A stretch of 64,000 bases of DNA, taken from assembly GCF_025526975.1 (NCBI RefSeq), contig NW_026515669.1, positions 1,178,001-1,242,000 of the forward strand, in the 5' to 3' direction. This document shows, one piece after another, positions 60,411 through 64,000 of the stretch. The stretch's first letter is position 1; every line of letters begins with the position of its first letter. Under the pieces are notes generated by a model. The model was not told the DNA's origin. It saw only the letters and a list, made by a program, of their open reading frames with translations, and did no database searches. Position numbers and translations under genes: made by a program. Source of the stretch: Fimicolochytrium jonesii (taxonomy: Eukaryota).

Positions 60411-63400
60411 ATGGAATCTCTCCAGCACACGGTGGAGTTCTGGACTCCTCAGGAAGTCGCTTCGTGGCTGGAGATAACGGGACTGGAAAGGTGAGGTTTG
60501 CTTCATTTCGGTTCCTGTGTGGACCATTCCACAATTGAACACCTCTTTGGTTATGGCATTTGCAGATATTCCGAGGCTTTCATTGATAGCCACATTACGG
60601 GTGCTTCCCTCCTGGGCATCACACCGGAAGACCTTAGGTTTCTTGGTATAACAAATTTGCGGCATAGGGCTCAAATATTGAGTGCCGTGGCGGACTTGAA
60701 GGGAATGGACATTTCACCTGTTGTCCCGAAGGACCCCGGGTCTCTGTCAGCTAGCTTTGGGCACCAGCGGTCACCATCAAACGCAAGCGCTCGGTCAGCG
60801 AATGGGACCAGCAGTTATGGAAGTCTAGAGAGGCCAGTTCTTGCGGACATTCGGAACGCGGCGGGGAACACGACTTCCACGTCAGGTGCGGCACTGATAC
60901 CGCCAAGGACGAAGAGCCATGCCGCATTCCCTGACGGATGGGACGCTTCGCATGGTGTTACGGTTTCGAAAGCCATCGTCTCGGAGAAGGAGAAGGAAAC
61001 GATCACATTGCCGTTCAAACCTGTAGATCGTAATGCCCCACTGCCGCAAACACTCCGCGTCAACACCGCTTTTACGCCCTCTCCACCACTGAGTATCCCG
61101 ACCCCACAAGTTGTTTTTCCCAGCCACCCCAACCTACCCCCAAGGGATGACTCCCTTCTCGATTTCAACTCCCCATTATCACCTAGCGACCCTCCGGACA
61201 CGGATTATGCCTCGGAAACTGTACGATCACCTTTCACGCAGAGCGCATCTGATGTTTCCTCGCCTCCGGTGTATGTACAAGACATGCCCTCGCCTCCGCT
61301 CACTGTACAGGACGTTCCCTTATCCCCAGTCAACCCACGTGACGGTTTGTCTCGGTTTCGAAGCAACTCGAGCGGCATCTTGCGAAGACACCCAGCTATC
61401 CGAGACCACAGGGGAAGGTCGCCTGCGCCATCGGTTCCAAGTGACAAGAGTCAAGGACCAGTGCGCAGGCCACACCTTTCCATTGGCACCAACTTTGCTT
61501 CTCTGTCCAGTGCAAGCTCACCTCTCGTGCCGTCCCCCGGAACAGATGGCTCCGCAGAGACGTTATACTCAAATGACAGTCGCTTCGGGGCGGAGGACAG
61601 CGGAATCAGTAGTCCGAGGAGCGAAGGGCGGAGCGAAAATTTCCATTTCAATTCATTCGCGTCGGCGTCGTCTTTCCAGTCTCCTAACATCTATGAGGGC
61701 GGTGATCGATTCGAGTCATATCTGGAGGATACAGTCGCAGCTATGGAGGGCAAGTCGTCCTTGACACCTTCTGATCGCCGAGATACGGACCGAGGTTTGA
61801 CTCCAGTTGAACTGAAAAGTTTTGTTTTCGAGCAATTCAACGCCCCGTTCTCGCCTGTGATGGGCTCATTCCCGCACGCTTCTGGTAGTCCAGGGGGTAT
61901 GTTACGCACTTTCCCTCAGTTCACCGTTCCGCAAACGGTTTCACTAATGTGTGGTCTCTTCTGCAGAGGAGCCGGAGAAAGAGGGAGCACTTGGCGAAGA
62001 CGGCTTCACCAACAATGTGGACTGGAACGTGGGTTACATCGAAAAGAAAGTGGACATTCGGCTGGCTCCCGCCGCCGATATTACGGCCACAAACGGTGAG
62101 ATCTTCGACGGAGCGATATCTCAATTATCCTCGGATCCGACAGTTGTGACACCATCTTCCACGGCAGCTGTCCCGATGCCCAGCTTACAGCGCGATGGAC
62201 ACTACGAAGAACTGGGACATCACAACAGATCTGACTCGGACGCCCAGGAAGGGAGCGATCGAGAGGAATTCGGGAACCCCTTGCCGATATTCAAGAGCTC
62301 GTCAACGATCCCGCCACTAGGCCCAGAAGACCAGGACGGGTTCGGGTCGGATTGGGAAGTGGCATCTGTGGAGTCGGAGCCGGCCGCCAGTAGGTTTTCT
62401 GATCGGGAAGAGGACGGGGAAGAGGAAGAAGGGCCCCCGGAGTTTTTGGTCGCGCAGTATGCCATGCAAGGGATGGATCCATTCTTTGGAGAGCGTCCAC
62501 CGACAGAAGCGATTTGCGATCATTTGGAAAATTTCTTCCCGGCTCTTTCCTCCGAGACGCCGGCGGGCGTCTCCAACGTGAGACGCGGTTCGTTGGCACA
62601 GACTCTGAAGCACACCGTTCGCGAAACTTTGAATCGCAAGAAGCTCGAACGGGTGGGCACTACTTCGTCTAGCTTTGGTAGGCGCCCTACTACGGTGCGG
62701 GTTACGACGCGAAAGGAGACCCTGGTGGCCTCCTCTGTAGCCACGGATTCGGTTTTCGCGGAATCGGAGTCGATAGCAACCAAAGAATCGGCATCACCTC
62801 ACAATGTTGTGACGGAGAATGGCAATATCACACGGCAGTGGGAAGATCGAATTGCCGACATCCCGGAGGAAATCAGTGTCGTTACTGGAAAGAATGCTGA
62901 CTGGGTCCCCGTATCCACGCCGCTGCCGCGCTCGCCTACCACGAGGTCAAGTATGTTTGGCGTAAGTGATGGAGAGGGGGACACGCTGGACCGGCCAATG
63001 GCTAGCCGGAGACGTTCCGAAAAACGTTTGCTGGGCAAGCCCGGGGTTCGGAGACAATCAATGGACGTGGCACTGGAAACATTGTCCCTCCAGCGACCCG
63101 GCAAGCCCATGGCGCGGGTCTGGACAACCCGTCGGGAAGCGTTATCGCTGCCCCATCGAAGTGCGCTTTCCATTTCACGAAAGTTCAGCAATGAACGAAA
63201 TGCGGTTGCTACGACAGTAGGAGAGGCCGAGTCATCGATGAGGCGGGTCAAGAGTCAGGAGAATATGGAGTTCACCAAGCCTGGGGAGCTCATGAAGTCG
63301 ATGTATGCCAAGAAGTATGGACTGGCCACCCTGGGGAGATCTGACGGTGGGAGAAGGGGTAGTCTACCTCTCATCTCAGAAGATCCACTAGCTCGTCTGC

Positions 63401-64000
63401 AGAGTAAACGACGGGCTTCCATTGCGGTTGCTCATGAGCCCTTAAAGTCCAATGTCGAGCCATCAGAGCGACCCGTAGACCCGTCCGCGATGGCGACGGA
63501 GGACAACGTCGTTGGGCCGATTGAAGTTTCTGAAGATGCATCGCATCTGGCGCAACCGGTCGACCTTCCTGCAGCGCCTCAACCCGAGCAACCTGAGGAG
63601 CTGCCGGTTGTAGATGCCAGTCCTCTTCCGACGGCCCCGATGCCCTCCGTCGCAGAAGCCGCTGAATCAGAGGATGCCCCATCTTCACATATCGCTACAC
63701 TTCCCCGAGCCTTCACCATCGAGCCAGACACTCCACGGCGCGTGGAATGGATGTGTGGCCCATTGATTGGCAAAGGATCTTTCGCCAAGGTTTACTACGG
63801 GATCAAGGTGGACACAGGCGATATCATGGCGGTTAAGCAAGTCGAGATGATCAACATTCCGCGCAAAAAGGCCGGCGGCAAGAAGGATGCCAGGCGACGG
63901 ATGGTCGATGCCCTCCACCAGGAGATTACTCTTCTGAAGGATCTGGACCACGAAAATGTCGTCAGATACCTCGGATATGACGTGCAGGGAAAGCATATCA
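60411..64000 (+). CDS. MAP kinase kinase kinase (BCK1/STE11 family) with N-terminal SAM domain; 3' end beyond the window
   Basis: SAM domain FWTPQEVASWL...YSEAFIDSHITGASLLGITPEDLRFLGI; BCK1-like RPPTEAICDHLENFFP; kinase start WMCGPLIGKGSFAKVYYG...MAVKQVE...ALHQEITLLKDLDHENVVRYLG. Confidence 0.9.

Noticed and set aside
1..64000. U12-type introns, tRNA/rRNA genes and transposons
   Set aside because: All introns I resolved have ordinary GT-AG ends without the RTATCCTT donor. By eye I saw no tRNA cloverleaf, rRNA, transposase/RT ORF or terminal repeats, though small RNAs could be missed without a covariance search.

Overview
This is eukaryotic, intron-rich, gene-dense DNA, most likely from a zoosporic (chytrid-type) fungus. 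Typical fungal genes (MGM101, carboxypeptidase Y, HET-C2/GLTP, fungal-type NDUFA1, BCK1-like MAPKKK) sit beside flagellar genes (IFT52, DNAAF11/LRRC6, a centrin-like protein). I support about 27 protein-coding genes, most split by short GT-AG introns and often in head-to-head pairs, plus two degenerate F-box-like loci. I found no rRNA, tRNA, CRISPR array or intact transposon. The most notable observations are: (1) recurrent, orientation-independent C/A-rich to G/T-rich skew switches that rewrite synonymous codon choice inside exons; (2) a SHOC1/Zip2-type meiotic crossover gene; (3) an intronless membrane protein with a bacterial DUF6625-like glycosyltransferase signature; (4) a casein kinase 1 with an atypical FRDVKSGQF catalytic loop; (5) a hidden decayed F-box/beta-propeller gene in apparent intergenic DNA; (6) a bacterial-like tandem GNAT; (7) a 597-nt intron in mS34; (8) probable dual-start isoforms of V-ATPase c'' and the M1 aminopeptidase. 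Gene models were spliced by eye and family calls come from motif recall, not database searches.
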